Source: an uncultured delta proteobacterium
Lineage (GTDB): Bacteria; Myxococcota_A; Polyangia; Haliangiales; Haliangiaceae
Assembly: GCA_963848295.1 (NCBI GenBank)
Contig: CAWKDB010000010.1
Span: 960,001-1,024,000 of the forward strand
DNA: 64,000 nucleotides
Direction: 5' to 3'
The position numbers and the translations under genes were made by a program. The notes beneath the pieces are model-generated. The model ran no database searches. It worked only from the letters and a program-made list of their open reading frames with translations, and was not told where the DNA came from. This document shows positions 8,272 to 17,287 of this stretch, piece by piece. The stretch's first letter is position 1. Every line of letters begins with the position of its first letter.

Positions 8272-10749
8272 CTACTTCCAGAACGCCACCCGGTTGGGAC
8301 GGGATGGCGACGGCGCCGCGACGGCGATCGCCGCGAGCTCGGTAGCGATCGTGGCGACCGCGCTGGTGTCATTGGTCCCGAGTGCGCTCGCGAGCCGGTC
8401 GACGAGCTCTTCGACCGTCGCGGCGAGGACGGTCAGGCCGACCGAGCGAACGTCTTCGAGCCATTCGAGCAACCGCAGGCGAATTCGATACCCTTGCTGC
8501 ATATCCGACGCGGCGGTCAGCGCACGTGCGTGCGCGGCGAGCTGCGTCAGGTACGGTGCGGCATCGATCGCCAGGTCGTGCGCCGGCGGGCTCGAGTCTC
8601 TCGCGGCGACGAACCGAGGCATCCCCTGCGACGGCGGCGGCCCAGCCGGCGAGCGCGGAGCAACCGCCATCGCCTTCATCGCGCGCGTCCGCTCCGGCGG
8701 CGAGCTCATCGGTCGTCCCACCGCCATCGGTGCCGGCGCCGCCATCGACGGCGGGCTCAAGCGATGCTTCGCCGCCTGCGTCGCCCCGAACGGGGGCGCT
8801 CCACCGCCGCCACCGCGGCTCAGCTCGTGCTCGCCGACGCGTCCCCACCCAGCGGGCGCCTCGACCGATTGCACGATCGTGCGAACGCGACCGCCGGCGT
8901 TGACCACCTCACTGCGATCGACGGCGAGAAACGCGGTGAACCGGGACAGCACGCTGTAACGCTTGGACAGCGCGACGATCGATGCGGCCAGCTCATCGCC
9001 GGGCATCGCGGCATAGCGATCCTCGAGGTCGCGAATCTTCGAGCGTGCCCAGCTCGCCGAGACCCATCCAGGGTCGCCCGGATTCGCGGTGCGGTCGACG
9101 CGCTGGACCAACGGGCCATCGAGCTTCGAGCCGACGACCTCGAGCGAGGCGTCGGTCGGCGCGGCTCCGCGGTAACGCCCGCAGATCGTGAGCGGTGCGC
9201 CGGCGTAGAGATCCGAAAGCTTGCTCGGCGCGATCGAATCGGCATCGATCGCGAGGTTCGACGGGCGCAGCGCCAGCTCGGTCGCGACCGGCATGCCGAT
9301 CCGGCGATGGACCTTCGCCATCACGGCGTCGAGCCGATCCTCGGACTCGACGAGCTCGCACAGGCCACCGCCCGCGCCCGCGAGACGGCGCAAGAACGCG
9401 GCGTTGACCGCTTGGTCGATGCCGAGCGAGAACATCCGCACCGACCGCAAGCTCGGGCCGATCACGCGCAGCATCTCGTCTTCGTTACCGACCTGACCGT
9501 CCGTGACGAGCACGATGACGCGCGACCGATCATCGGTGCCGCCGTCGAGCAGCGCGACGGCCTTGCGCAGCGGCTCCAACATCTCGGTGCCGCCCTCGGC
9601 GTCGACCGCGGCGAGCGCTTCGACCGCGTGGAACCGCGCGCGATCGGTCGCCGGCTCGAGCCGCTCACCCGGCACGAGCTCGAGCTCGCTGCTGAACGCG
9701 ATCGCACAGAACCGATCGCGCGACGTCAGCGAATCGATCATCCGCGCGACCGCGCGCCGCGCCGCGACCATCTTCCAGCCCTGCATGCTGCCGGACCGAT
9801 CGAGCACGAACACGATGTCGCGCGGCTTCGCCTCGACACTCGAGGTGCTCGGAGGGACGAGCGTGAGCATGAACGTGCCACCGCTATGGTCGGCGTCATC
9901 TGCGCAGATCAGCGAAGGCTGCATCACCGCGCTCGCGCCGCGCACCGGCTCGACCCGCCAGCGCAAGATGAAGTCGCGGTCGACCCGCTCGCCCGGACGA
10001 ACCTCGACGACCATCGCGTCGCGCTCGCTCGTGGTCACGGCGTGCAAGCTCGAGTTGAAATCCACCACACCGACATCGGCGATCGCGACGCGAATCGCCA
10101 GCGCGACGGGATGCGCCAACCCCGGCAAGCGCACCGGCGGCGAGATGCGCGACGCATCGGGCACGACATCGGTATCCGCGGCGATGCCGGGGCCGGCTTG
10201 GTCACCGCCGAGTGCGCGACCGGGGATGTAGCGCGGTGCGACGACGAGTGGGAACTGCAGCGTGAGCTCGCCGTCGTCGATCGGCAGCGGGCCTACGAGC
10301 GAGAGCCGGATCGTGGCCGACTCGCCTGCCATGAGATTCCCGACACGCAACGAGAACACCCCGGCGCGATCCTCCTCGCTGATCGCGGCGCGATGGCCCG
10401 CAGCGATCGCCTGGTCGTATTGCTCGCGCGCCGCGCCGCGCTCGTCGACGACGCCGTCGATGACGCGACCAGCGACCTCCATGCGGAAGCGATGCACCGC
10501 CGCACGATCGGGGAGCGGGAAGATGTACGTCGCTTCGATCGGGCCGCCGGTCGTATTCACGAACGTCTGCACGACCTCGATCGAGGCAACGACGCCGCTG
10601 ACTCGTGCATCGACCGACAGCGCGACGAGTGGGAGTAGCCCGCGCGCGGTCTCGAGCGCACCAAAGCTCGCGTCGGAACGGCGGTGGGCACCGTAACTCG
10701 CGACTTCGTCTTCGGACATCACGGTGATCGATGGCATCGGTTGCATCAT
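8272..10749 (-). CDS. VIT (vault inter-alpha-trypsin) + von Willebrand A domain protein
   Basis: VIT: QTFVNTTGGPIEATYIFPLP; vWA MIDAS DRSGSM and VLVTDGQVGNE. Start set at ATG 10749 (AAGGAG SD, ATGA overlap with the upstream stop). Confidence 0.9.
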   Translation of the reverse strand: MMQPMPSITVMSEDEVASYGAHRRSDASFGALETARGLLPLVALSVDARVSGVVASIEVVQTFVNTTGGPIEATYIFPLPDRAAVHRFRMEVAGRVIDGVVDERGAAREQYDQAIAAGHRAAISEEDRAGVFSLRVGNLMAGESATIRLSLVGPLPIDDGELTLQFPLVVAPRYIPGRALGGDQAGPGIAADTDVVPDASRISPPVRLPGLAHPVALAIRVAIADVGVVDFNSSLHAVTTSERDAMVVEVRPGERVDRDFILRWRVEPVRGASAVMQPSLICADDADHSGGTFMLTLVPPSTSSVEAKPRDIVFVLDRSGSMQGWKMVAARRAVARMIDSLTSRDRFCAIAFSSELELVPGERLEPATDRARFHAVEALAAVDAEGGTEMLEPLRKAVALLDGGTDDRSRVIVLVTDGQVGNEDEMLRVIGPSLRSVRMFSLGIDQAVNAAFLRRLAGAGGGLCELVESEDRLDAVMAKVHRRIGMPVATELALRPSNLAIDADSIAPSKLSDLYAGAPLTICGRYRGAAPTDASLEVVGSKLDGPLVQRVDRTANPGDPGWVSASWARSKIRDLEDRYAAMPGDELAASIVALSKRYSVLSRFTAFLAVDRSEVVNAGGRVRTIVQSVEAPAGWGRVGEHELSRGGGGGAPPFGATQAAKHRLSPPSMAAPAPMAVGRPMSSPPERTRAMKAMAVAPRSPAGPPPSQGMPRFVAARDSSPPAHDLAIDAAPYLTQLAAHARALTAASDMQQGYRIRLRLLEWLEDVRSVGLTVLAATVEELVDRLASALGTNDTSAVATIATELAAIAVAAPSPSRPNRVAFWK

Positions 10750-11306
10750 GGGGTCTCCTTGGTTGCGAGCCCGCGACGTGCGAGCTCTGCGATCAGCGGG
10801 GCGGCGGCGGCGCGAAGTGCGGCGAGATCGGCGGGTGACAGCGTGAAATCGCCGGGTAGTTGAAGCGTGAGAGACGCGGCGGCGGTGAGTGAAAGGTGAA
10901 GCTCGGCGGGCGCGGGCACGACCGCGCGCGCAGCCACGCCACCGGGCGCGGCTTGCGTCCGCGGCGCCGCGGGGCGCTTCCAAAAGTCGGCGCGGCGCGA
11001 TCGCGGCAATGCCACGCCCGACATCCGGGCGAGGGTCGCGTCATCCATCGTCGGCCACAGCGCCTGAATCTCGGCGAGGCTCTTGCCCGCGCCCTGCATC
11101 CGTTTGATCGCGACGATCTGGGCGACGTGGCGCTCGTCGTAGAGCGCCGTGCGACCGCGCATCGCCGAAGGGCCGTCCAACAAGCCGATCGCGCCGTAGT
11201 AACGAATCGTGCGTTCGTCTGGGACCGCGCGTACCTGCCCGTTCTTGGGCGCAGGCAACAGCGCGGTCCGAGCGGCGGCTTCGACAACAAGCTCAGCGAG
11301 GGTCAC
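10746..11306 (-). CDS. MerR-family HTH transcriptional regulator
   Basis: PDERTIRYYGAIGLLD...GRTALYDERHVAQIVAIKRMQGAGKSLAEI. Confidence 0.85.
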   Translation of the reverse strand: MTLAELVVEAAARTALLPAPKNGQVRAVPDERTIRYYGAIGLLDGPSAMRGRTALYDERHVAQIVAIKRMQGAGKSLAEIQALWPTMDDATLARMSGVALPRSRRADFWKRPAAPRTQAAPGGVAARAVVPAPAELHLSLTAAASLTLQLPGDFTLSPADLAALRAAAAPLIAELARRGLATKETP

Positions 11307-11312
11307 GCCTTC

Positions 11313-11341
11313 TATCTAACACTGTCATATAACACTGTCAA
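11313..11341 (-). promoter_or_regulatory. sigma70-type promoter overlapped by an 11-bp direct-repeat operator
   Basis: Minus strand TTGACA-N17-TAGATA, 6 nt before GTG; TAACACTGTCA at 11317-11327 and 11330-11340. Confidence 0.65.
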
Positions 11342-11344
11342 CTT

Positions 11345-11477
11345 GGGACGGAGGAATCTTGGTCAACCGCGAGCACAGTTCGCCGGTTGACAAGAACTCC
11401 TCCGTCCCCGCTAAAATCCAGTGTTTCTAGTGACTTCTGCGTTTGAGGCGGTTGACAAGGATTCCTCCGTCCCCGGG
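11345..11477. repeat. Three copies of a ~27-bp repeat (one inverted, two direct); copies 1 and 2 form a long hairpin
   Basis: Consensus CGGTTGAC(A/C)A-N5-CCTCCGTCCC at 11345-11370 (-), 11384-11410 (+) and 11448-11477 (+). Confidence 0.85.
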
Positions 11478-11542
11478 TAGCTTTTCGTTACCCTCGGTTT
11501 TCGGGATCTCGGCGACTTGCGGTGGCACGGGCTGTGGAGAGC

Positions 11543-12907
11543 ATGAGCGTGGTGCCAGGCATACTGATCGTCGACGATGACCGCTCGATTCGCCGCACGC
11601 TCGAGAAGTTTCTCGGCGGCGAAGGCTACGAGGTCGCGACCGCTCACGATGCGGCGACGGCGATCGCGGCGCCCGATGCGGATCTGATGTTGCTCGATCT
11701 CGGGTTGCCCGGCGGCTCCGGGTTCGACGTGCTGACCGCGCTCGCCGATCGCCCGAACCCACCGACCGTCGTCGTCGTCACCGCCCGCGACGACATGCAG
11801 TCGACGGTCAAGGCCATCCAACTCGGCGCGTACGAATACCTCGTCAAGCCAGTCGATATCGATCGCCTGCGCGCCGTCGTTCGTCGCGCACTCGACAGCC
11901 GCGACGTCCGCGCCAAGCTCGTCGAGCTCCCCGAGCGCACCGCAATCGGCGGTGACATCCTCGGAAAGAGCGCCGCGATCCGCGACGTCTGGAAGCAGAT
12001 CGGCGCCGTCTCGACGACGCGCGCACCGGTGCTCATCACCGGCGAATCGGGCACGGGCAAAGAGCTGGTCGCGCGCGCGATCCACGTCGCGTCATCGCCG
12101 GCGACGTTGCCGTTCGTCGCGGTAAACTGCACCGCACTCGCGCCCGGCGTGCTCGAGAGCGAGCTGTTCGGTCACGTCAAAGGCGCGTTCACCGGCGCGA
12201 TCGCCGATCGCCCGGGCCGGTTCGAGCTCGCGGGCAAAGGCACGATCTTTCTCGACGAGATCGCCGAGATCCCGCTCGAGCTGCAAGCAAAGCTGTTGCG
12301 CGTCGTGCAAGAGCGCACGTTCGAGCGGGTCGGCGATGCACGGCCGCTCCAGCTCGACGCGCGGATCATCGCAGCGACCCATCGCGACCTCGCTCAGATG
12401 GTCGCGCGCGGCACGTTCCGCGAGGATCTCTACTATCGCCTGCGCGTCGTCGAGATCGGCCTGCCGCCGTTGCGCGAACGCCCGGGTGACATCCCCGTGC
12501 TCGTCGAAGGCCTGCTCGGCAAGATCAGTCGCGACCTCGACAAGCCGGTGCGCTACGTGACTCCGGCGGCGCTCGCTCGGCTGTGCGCGCACGCGTGGCC
12601 CGGCAACGTCCGCGAGCTCGAGAACGCGCTGACTCGGGCGGTCGTGCTCGCCAAGACGGACGTGCTCGACGAGACGCTGATTCCGGCACCCGGTGCAGCG
12701 AGCACCGCGGGCGATGCCGATGCCGCGGGCGAGCTCCCCACCTTGCGCGAGCTCGAGCGCCGCCACGTCGGCCGCGTGCTCGTTCACACCGGGTGGAACA
12801 AGCGCCGCGCGTGCGCGATCCTCGACATCAGCCGGCCGACGCTCGACCGCAAGATCGAGGAGTACGGCCTGCGCGCGCCGGCGAAGGCCAACGAGGACCC
12901 GACGTGA
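11543..12907 (+). CDS. NtrC-family sigma54-dependent response regulator
   Basis: Receiver ILIVDDD...LLDLGLP; GESGTGKE, ESELFGHVKGAFTGA, WPGNVRELEN; C-terminal Fis HTH. Start uncertain (11522/11543/11549). Confidence 0.93.
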   Translation: MSVVPGILIVDDDRSIRRTLEKFLGGEGYEVATAHDAATAIAAPDADLMLLDLGLPGGSGFDVLTALADRPNPPTVVVVTARDDMQSTVKAIQLGAYEYLVKPVDIDRLRAVVRRALDSRDVRAKLVELPERTAIGGDILGKSAAIRDVWKQIGAVSTTRAPVLITGESGTGKELVARAIHVASSPATLPFVAVNCTALAPGVLESELFGHVKGAFTGAIADRPGRFELAGKGTIFLDEIAEIPLELQAKLLRVVQERTFERVGDARPLQLDARIIAATHRDLAQMVARGTFREDLYYRLRVVEIGLPPLRERPGDIPVLVEGLLGKISRDLDKPVRYVTPAALARLCAHAWPGNVRELENALTRAVVLAKTDVLDETLIPAPGAASTAGDADAAGELPTLRELERRHVGRVLVHTGWNKRRACAILDISRPTLDRKIEEYGLRAPAKANEDPT

Positions 12908-14781
12908 TCGCGGGCGTCATTCCGATCGCGATCGCCGCGATCGGCGCCGCCTACGCCGGGCTCGTGATCCGCGCAGCGCCGAACCGGCGCGACAACGTGG
13001 TGTTCGGTGCGCTCGCGTTCTGCGACGCGTTACTGACCGCATGGCGCGGGGTCAACGTGCTCGCCGGTGATTCGATCGTCGACGTCGCGTCGCAATCGGT
13101 GTGCTCGCTCGGCACGATCGTGCTCGCGGTGTTGACGATCGAGTTCATTGCGAGCTTTCCGCGCCGCGCGAGCATCGGTTGGAAGTGGCGGCTCGCGCTG
13201 ATCGCGTGGGCGCTCGCCGGCGCGGTCGTCGTGATGGCGGTCGACTCGAGGCGCGGCATCGGCGCGGTGTCCGCGTACGTGTTCTTCGCGCCGGCGACGC
13301 TCGTCATCTTCGCGCTCGGCGCTCGGTCGTGGCGACTCACCGCCGATCGCGACGCGCGCACGGTCATCGCGATGCTGTGGTTCCGTTGGGCGTTCGGGTT
13401 CTCGGCGTATTACTTCGGCCCCGCGCTCGGCATCTTCTCGTGGGCGGTGTGGGCCGAGACCACGGTCGGGACGCTCGTGAGCTTCGTCGTGATCGGTACG
13501 ACCGTGCTGCGCACCGATCTGTTCTCGCTGCGCTCCGCGGCAGCCGAGCTCGTGACCGTCGCGACGATCGTGATGATCGTGTTGCTCGGCGGCATAGGCG
13601 GCGTCCTCGCCGTGCTGCGCTGGACCGAGCCCGGGACGTTGCAGACCGCGCTGCTGATCGGCTCGACGCTCGTACCACTCCACCTCGCCGCCCTAGCCCG
13701 CGCGATGTACCCACGCCTCGAAGCGAACGTGCTGGCTCCGCTCGACGACCGCCGCGCCCGCCGGCTCGCCGTGCAAGACGAGCCGATCGCGGTCGACCTC
13801 GCACCGGACCAGTTGCTCGCGACTTCGATCGCGCGAATCGAAGCGATCACCGACGGGTCGCACGTGACATGGAAGCTCGCGCCGCAGCTGCCACCTGCCC
13901 TCGTCGAGCTGCTCGCCGATGGCGAAGCGCAGCGGTCCGACGTCCGCCCCGACTTGCCGGCTTGCTTCGTCGTGCCCGCGCTCGGCGGCAACCGCCGGCT
14001 GATCGGCGCATTCCTACTCGAGGGCGGCACGATCGACCGCGACACGTATCTGGTCACGCGTGATCTCGCGACTCGGCTCGCGCTCGCGGTCGAACGCGCG
14101 CAGGTCGTCGACGAGCTCGAGAGTGCGCGCCAGCTCGCCGCGCTCGGCCAGTTTGCAGCCGCGATCGCTCACGACATCCGCACACCGCTGACGAGCATCT
14201 CGCTCAACGTCCAGATCTTGAGACGCAAGCTCGACCTCCCCGACGACGACCGCGAGCATCTAGAGATCGCACTCGAAGAGCTCGGTCGGCTCGATCGCTC
14301 GGTCGCCGAGATCCTCGATTTCGCGAAGCCGGTCAAGCTCGCCGCCGAGCCGGTCGATGTCCGCGAGTTGCTCGAGGCGGCGACGCGCAGCATGGCCCCG
14401 CTGTTGTCCGAGAAAGGGGTCGCGCTCAAGTGCGATCCGCCGTCGCTGCTGCGCATCCACGGCGACGCGCAACGCTTGCGCCAGGTCCTGGTCAACCTCG
14501 TCGACAACGCGGCGGACGCGTCGACTCCCGGCACCGAAGTCTACCTCCGCGCGACCGGCGACGGTGCGCGCATCGCGATCGCGGTCGAGGATCATGGTCG
14601 CGGCATCGGCGCTGCGGACCTGCCGCGGATCTTCGAGCCGTTCTTCACGACCCGGCCCGACGGCACGGGCCTCGGCCTCGCGATCTGTCACAAGGTCGTG
14701 CGCGCGCACGGCGGTGAGCTCACGGTGCGCTCGGCGGTTGGCGAGGGTTCGACGTTCACGATCTTGCTGCCGGCCGCGTAA
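12904..14781 (+). CDS. Membrane sensor histidine kinase
   Basis: Several N-terminal TM helices; H-box AHDIRTPL, N-box NLVDNA, DHGRGI, FEPFFTT, GTGLGL; GTGA overlap with the regulator stop. Confidence 0.92.
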   Translation: MIAGVIPIAIAAIGAAYAGLVIRAAPNRRDNVVFGALAFCDALLTAWRGVNVLAGDSIVDVASQSVCSLGTIVLAVLTIEFIASFPRRASIGWKWRLALIAWALAGAVVVMAVDSRRGIGAVSAYVFFAPATLVIFALGARSWRLTADRDARTVIAMLWFRWAFGFSAYYFGPALGIFSWAVWAETTVGTLVSFVVIGTTVLRTDLFSLRSAAAELVTVATIVMIVLLGGIGGVLAVLRWTEPGTLQTALLIGSTLVPLHLAALARAMYPRLEANVLAPLDDRRARRLAVQDEPIAVDLAPDQLLATSIARIEAITDGSHVTWKLAPQLPPALVELLADGEAQRSDVRPDLPACFVVPALGGNRRLIGAFLLEGGTIDRDTYLVTRDLATRLALAVERAQVVDELESARQLAALGQFAAAIAHDIRTPLTSISLNVQILRRKLDLPDDDREHLEIALEELGRLDRSVAEILDFAKPVKLAAEPVDVRELLEAATRSMAPLLSEKGVALKCDPPSLLRIHGDAQRLRQVLVNLVDNAADASTPGTEVYLRATGDGARIAIAVEDHGRGIGAADLPRIFEPFFTTRPDGTGLGLAICHKVVRAHGGELTVRSAVGEGSTFTILLPAA

Positions 14782-14843
14782 CGGTTCGTTACCGAGCCCG
14801 AGCGATCCCACGCCCAAATGCGCGGAATCTCGATTACCAGCCC

Positions 14844-14859
14844 AGGCACGCGCCGTGCT
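14844..14859 (+). promoter_or_regulatory. Putative sigma54 (-24/-12) promoter of the ABC exporter operon
   Basis: AGGCACG-CGCC-GTGCT with exact GG-N10-GC spacing, directly upstream of ATG 14873 and downstream of a sigma54 activator gene. Confidence 0.6.
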
Positions 14860-14872
14860 GTTAGTCGCCACC

Positions 14873-16006
14873 ATGTGGGCGCTCGCTCGGAAGCTGCTGT
14901 TTCATGACCGGCTGCGGTTCGCCGTGGCGATCGCTGGCGTGTCGGTGTCGGTGATGCTCGTGCTGGTTCAGGTCGGTCTGTACTTCGGCTTCATGGACAC
15001 TGCGTCGTCGATCATCGACGCGAGCACCGCCGACATCTGGGTCGGCAAGGCCGGCAACGACTCGTTCGAGTTCGCATCGCCGTTCGACGAGCGCGCGTAC
15101 TACAAGATCGCCTCGCTGCCAGGCGTCGAGTGCGCCGACCGCGTCCTGATGAGCTTCGCGCAGCTCAAGCTGTGGACCGGCGGCGACCTCGGCGTCCAGG
15201 TGGTCGGGATCGAGACCACGCCCGGCCGCGCCCCGCTGCTCGCGCCGTGGCATGTCGTCGCCGGCGACCCCGCGCGACTCGGTCAAGCCGGCGCGATCGT
15301 CGTCGATCGCAGCGAGTACCCCAAGATCCACATCGATACGGTCGGCCACACGACCGAGATCTCGGGCGTGCGCGCGCAGGTCGTCGCCCTGACGGCCGGA
15401 ATCCGGTCGTTCACGACGTCGCCGATCGTGTTCACCGACCTGCGTACCGCGCGCAGCTTCCTGCCCGGCCTGGGCGCCGACGCAGTGACCTACGTGCTCG
15501 TCAAGGTCGCCGCCGGCGCCGACATCGAGGACGTCCAGGCGCGGATCAACGCACTGCCGCACATGGCGGCGTACACGACCGCCGCGATGTCGGAGCGCAC
15601 GCGCTCGTACTGGTCGAAACGCACCGGCGTCGGCGCCGGGTTCTTCACCACCGCGGTGCTCGGCGTGATCGTCGGGTTTGTCGTCGTCGGCCAGATCCTC
15701 TACAGCGGCACGCTGCAGTACATCCGCGAGTACGGAACACTCAAGGCGATGGGCGCCAAGAACCTCATGGTCGTGCGCGTGATCTTGTCGCAAGCGATGA
15801 TCAGCGCGGCCCTCGGCTTCGTGGTCGGCAGCGGCCTCGCGTTCGTGATGCGCGCGATGATGGCGAAGGCGAACCTGTCGGTCGCGCTGTTCCCCGGCTT
15901 GTTTGGAGCGACCGCGATCGTCACGGTCGCGATGTGCTCGTTCGCGTCGCTGCTCTCGATCGTCAAGGTGCTGCGCCTGGACCCCGCGTCGGTGTTCAAG
16001 TCGTAA
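14873..16006 (+). CDS. ABC exporter permease (FtsX/MacB/DevC-like)
   Basis: MWALARKLLFHDRLRFAVAIAGV; periplasmic loop; REYGTLKAMGA; ends LRLDPASVFK. Confidence 0.9.
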   Translation: MWALARKLLFHDRLRFAVAIAGVSVSVMLVLVQVGLYFGFMDTASSIIDASTADIWVGKAGNDSFEFASPFDERAYYKIASLPGVECADRVLMSFAQLKLWTGGDLGVQVVGIETTPGRAPLLAPWHVVAGDPARLGQAGAIVVDRSEYPKIHIDTVGHTTEISGVRAQVVALTAGIRSFTTSPIVFTDLRTARSFLPGLGADAVTYVLVKVAAGADIEDVQARINALPHMAAYTTAAMSERTRSYWSKRTGVGAGFFTTAVLGVIVGFVVVGQILYSGTLQYIREYGTLKAMGAKNLMVVRVILSQAMISAALGFVVGSGLAFVMRAMMAKANLSVALFPGLFGATAIVTVAMCSFASLLSIVKVLRLDPASVFKS

Positions 16007-16015
16007 GGAGCCGTC

Positions 16016-16792
16016 ATGACCGCTGCGATCGCCATCTCAGACATCACTCATCTCGGGCCGCCCGCGCTCGCACCGCACAGCGACGTGCTCGCACGTATGG
16101 TCGGCGTCGGCAAGGTCTATGGCGCCGGGGAGCATGCGGTGAACGCGCTCGATCGTGCGTCGCTCGACATCCGCGCGGGCGAGGTCACGTTGATCGAAGG
16201 TCCGTCGGGCTCGGGCAAGACGACGCTGATCTCGATCCTCGGCTTGTTGCTCGCGCCGACCAGCGGCGAAGTCTGGCTCGACGGTCGCAACGTCGCGGGC
16301 CTCGGCGAGCGGCACCTGCCGGCGCTGCGCGCGAAGCACTTCGGCTTCGTGTTTCAGGGCTTCAATCTGTTCCCCGCGCTCACCGCGCTCGACAACGTCG
16401 CGATCGCGATCCAGATGAAGGATCCGCGCGTCAAGGATCCACGCGGCGAGGCGCGCCGGCTACTCGAGCTCGTCGGCCTCGGTCCTCGCGCGCATCACTT
16501 GCCGGCGGATCTCTCGGGCGGACAAAAGCAACGCGTCGCGATCGCGCGCGCTCTCGGCGGCAACCCGCCGATCATCGTCGGCGACGAGCCTACGGCCGCG
16601 CTCGATACCAAGACCGCGCTCGCGGTGATGGAGCTGCTGCGCGACCTCGCCACCCATCACGGACGCGCCGTCGTCGTCGTCACCCATGATCCGCGGCTCG
16701 AACGATTCGCCGACCGCGTCGTGCGAGTCGAAGACGGTCGCATCGATCCGGCCAGCCAGTCGAACGAACAAGCTCGAGAGGACGTGTCATGA
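16016..16792 (+). CDS. ABC exporter ATP-binding protein (LolD/MacB/DevA-like)
   Basis: GPSGSGKTT, LSGGQKQRVAIARAL, DEPTAALD, VTHD; AAGGAG SD. Confidence 0.95.
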   Translation: MTAAIAISDITHLGPPALAPHSDVLARMVGVGKVYGAGEHAVNALDRASLDIRAGEVTLIEGPSGSGKTTLISILGLLLAPTSGEVWLDGRNVAGLGERHLPALRAKHFGFVFQGFNLFPALTALDNVAIAIQMKDPRVKDPRGEARRLLELVGLGPRAHHLPADLSGGQKQRVAIARALGGNPPIIVGDEPTAALDTKTALAVMELLRDLATHHGRAVVVVTHDPRLERFADRVVRVEDGRIDPASQSNEQAREDVS

Positions 16793-17287
16793 CCAAGACC
16801 AAGTCGCTGCTGCTCGTCTGTGCACCACTCGCCGCCGTGCTCGCGCTGTGGCTCGGCCACGCCTCGTCGTCGGCGGCCTCGTCCGATGTGCAGGTTCGGG
16901 CCCGCGCCGCGACCTTGATCGCGCCGGCGCGGGTCGAGCCGGTGCGCGATCCGGTCGCGCTCGCGTTCGAAGTGCCGGGACGCATCACGGAGATCGATGT
17001 CGACGAGGGTGATGTCGTCAAGCAAGGCCAGGTACTCGCACGGCTCGACGATCGCATCGCGAAAGCGCGTGTCGCCGAAGCGACCGCGGCCGTGGCACAG
17101 GCCGACGCCCGCTACTTGCTCGCTCGTCGCGGCCCGCGCGCCGAGGATATCGCCGCCGCCAGCGCCGAGGCCGACGCCGCGCGCGCCGACGCTGACCACC
17201 GCGCGATCGAGCGCGGCCGCACCGATCGCCTCGGCGAGCTCGGCGCGGTCGCGACTGCGTCGGTCGATGCCGACGACACCGCGGCTA

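Noticed and set aside
11345..11477. Possible mini CRISPR array
   Set aside because: Only three degenerate copies in mixed orientation with unequal spacing, and no cas genes.
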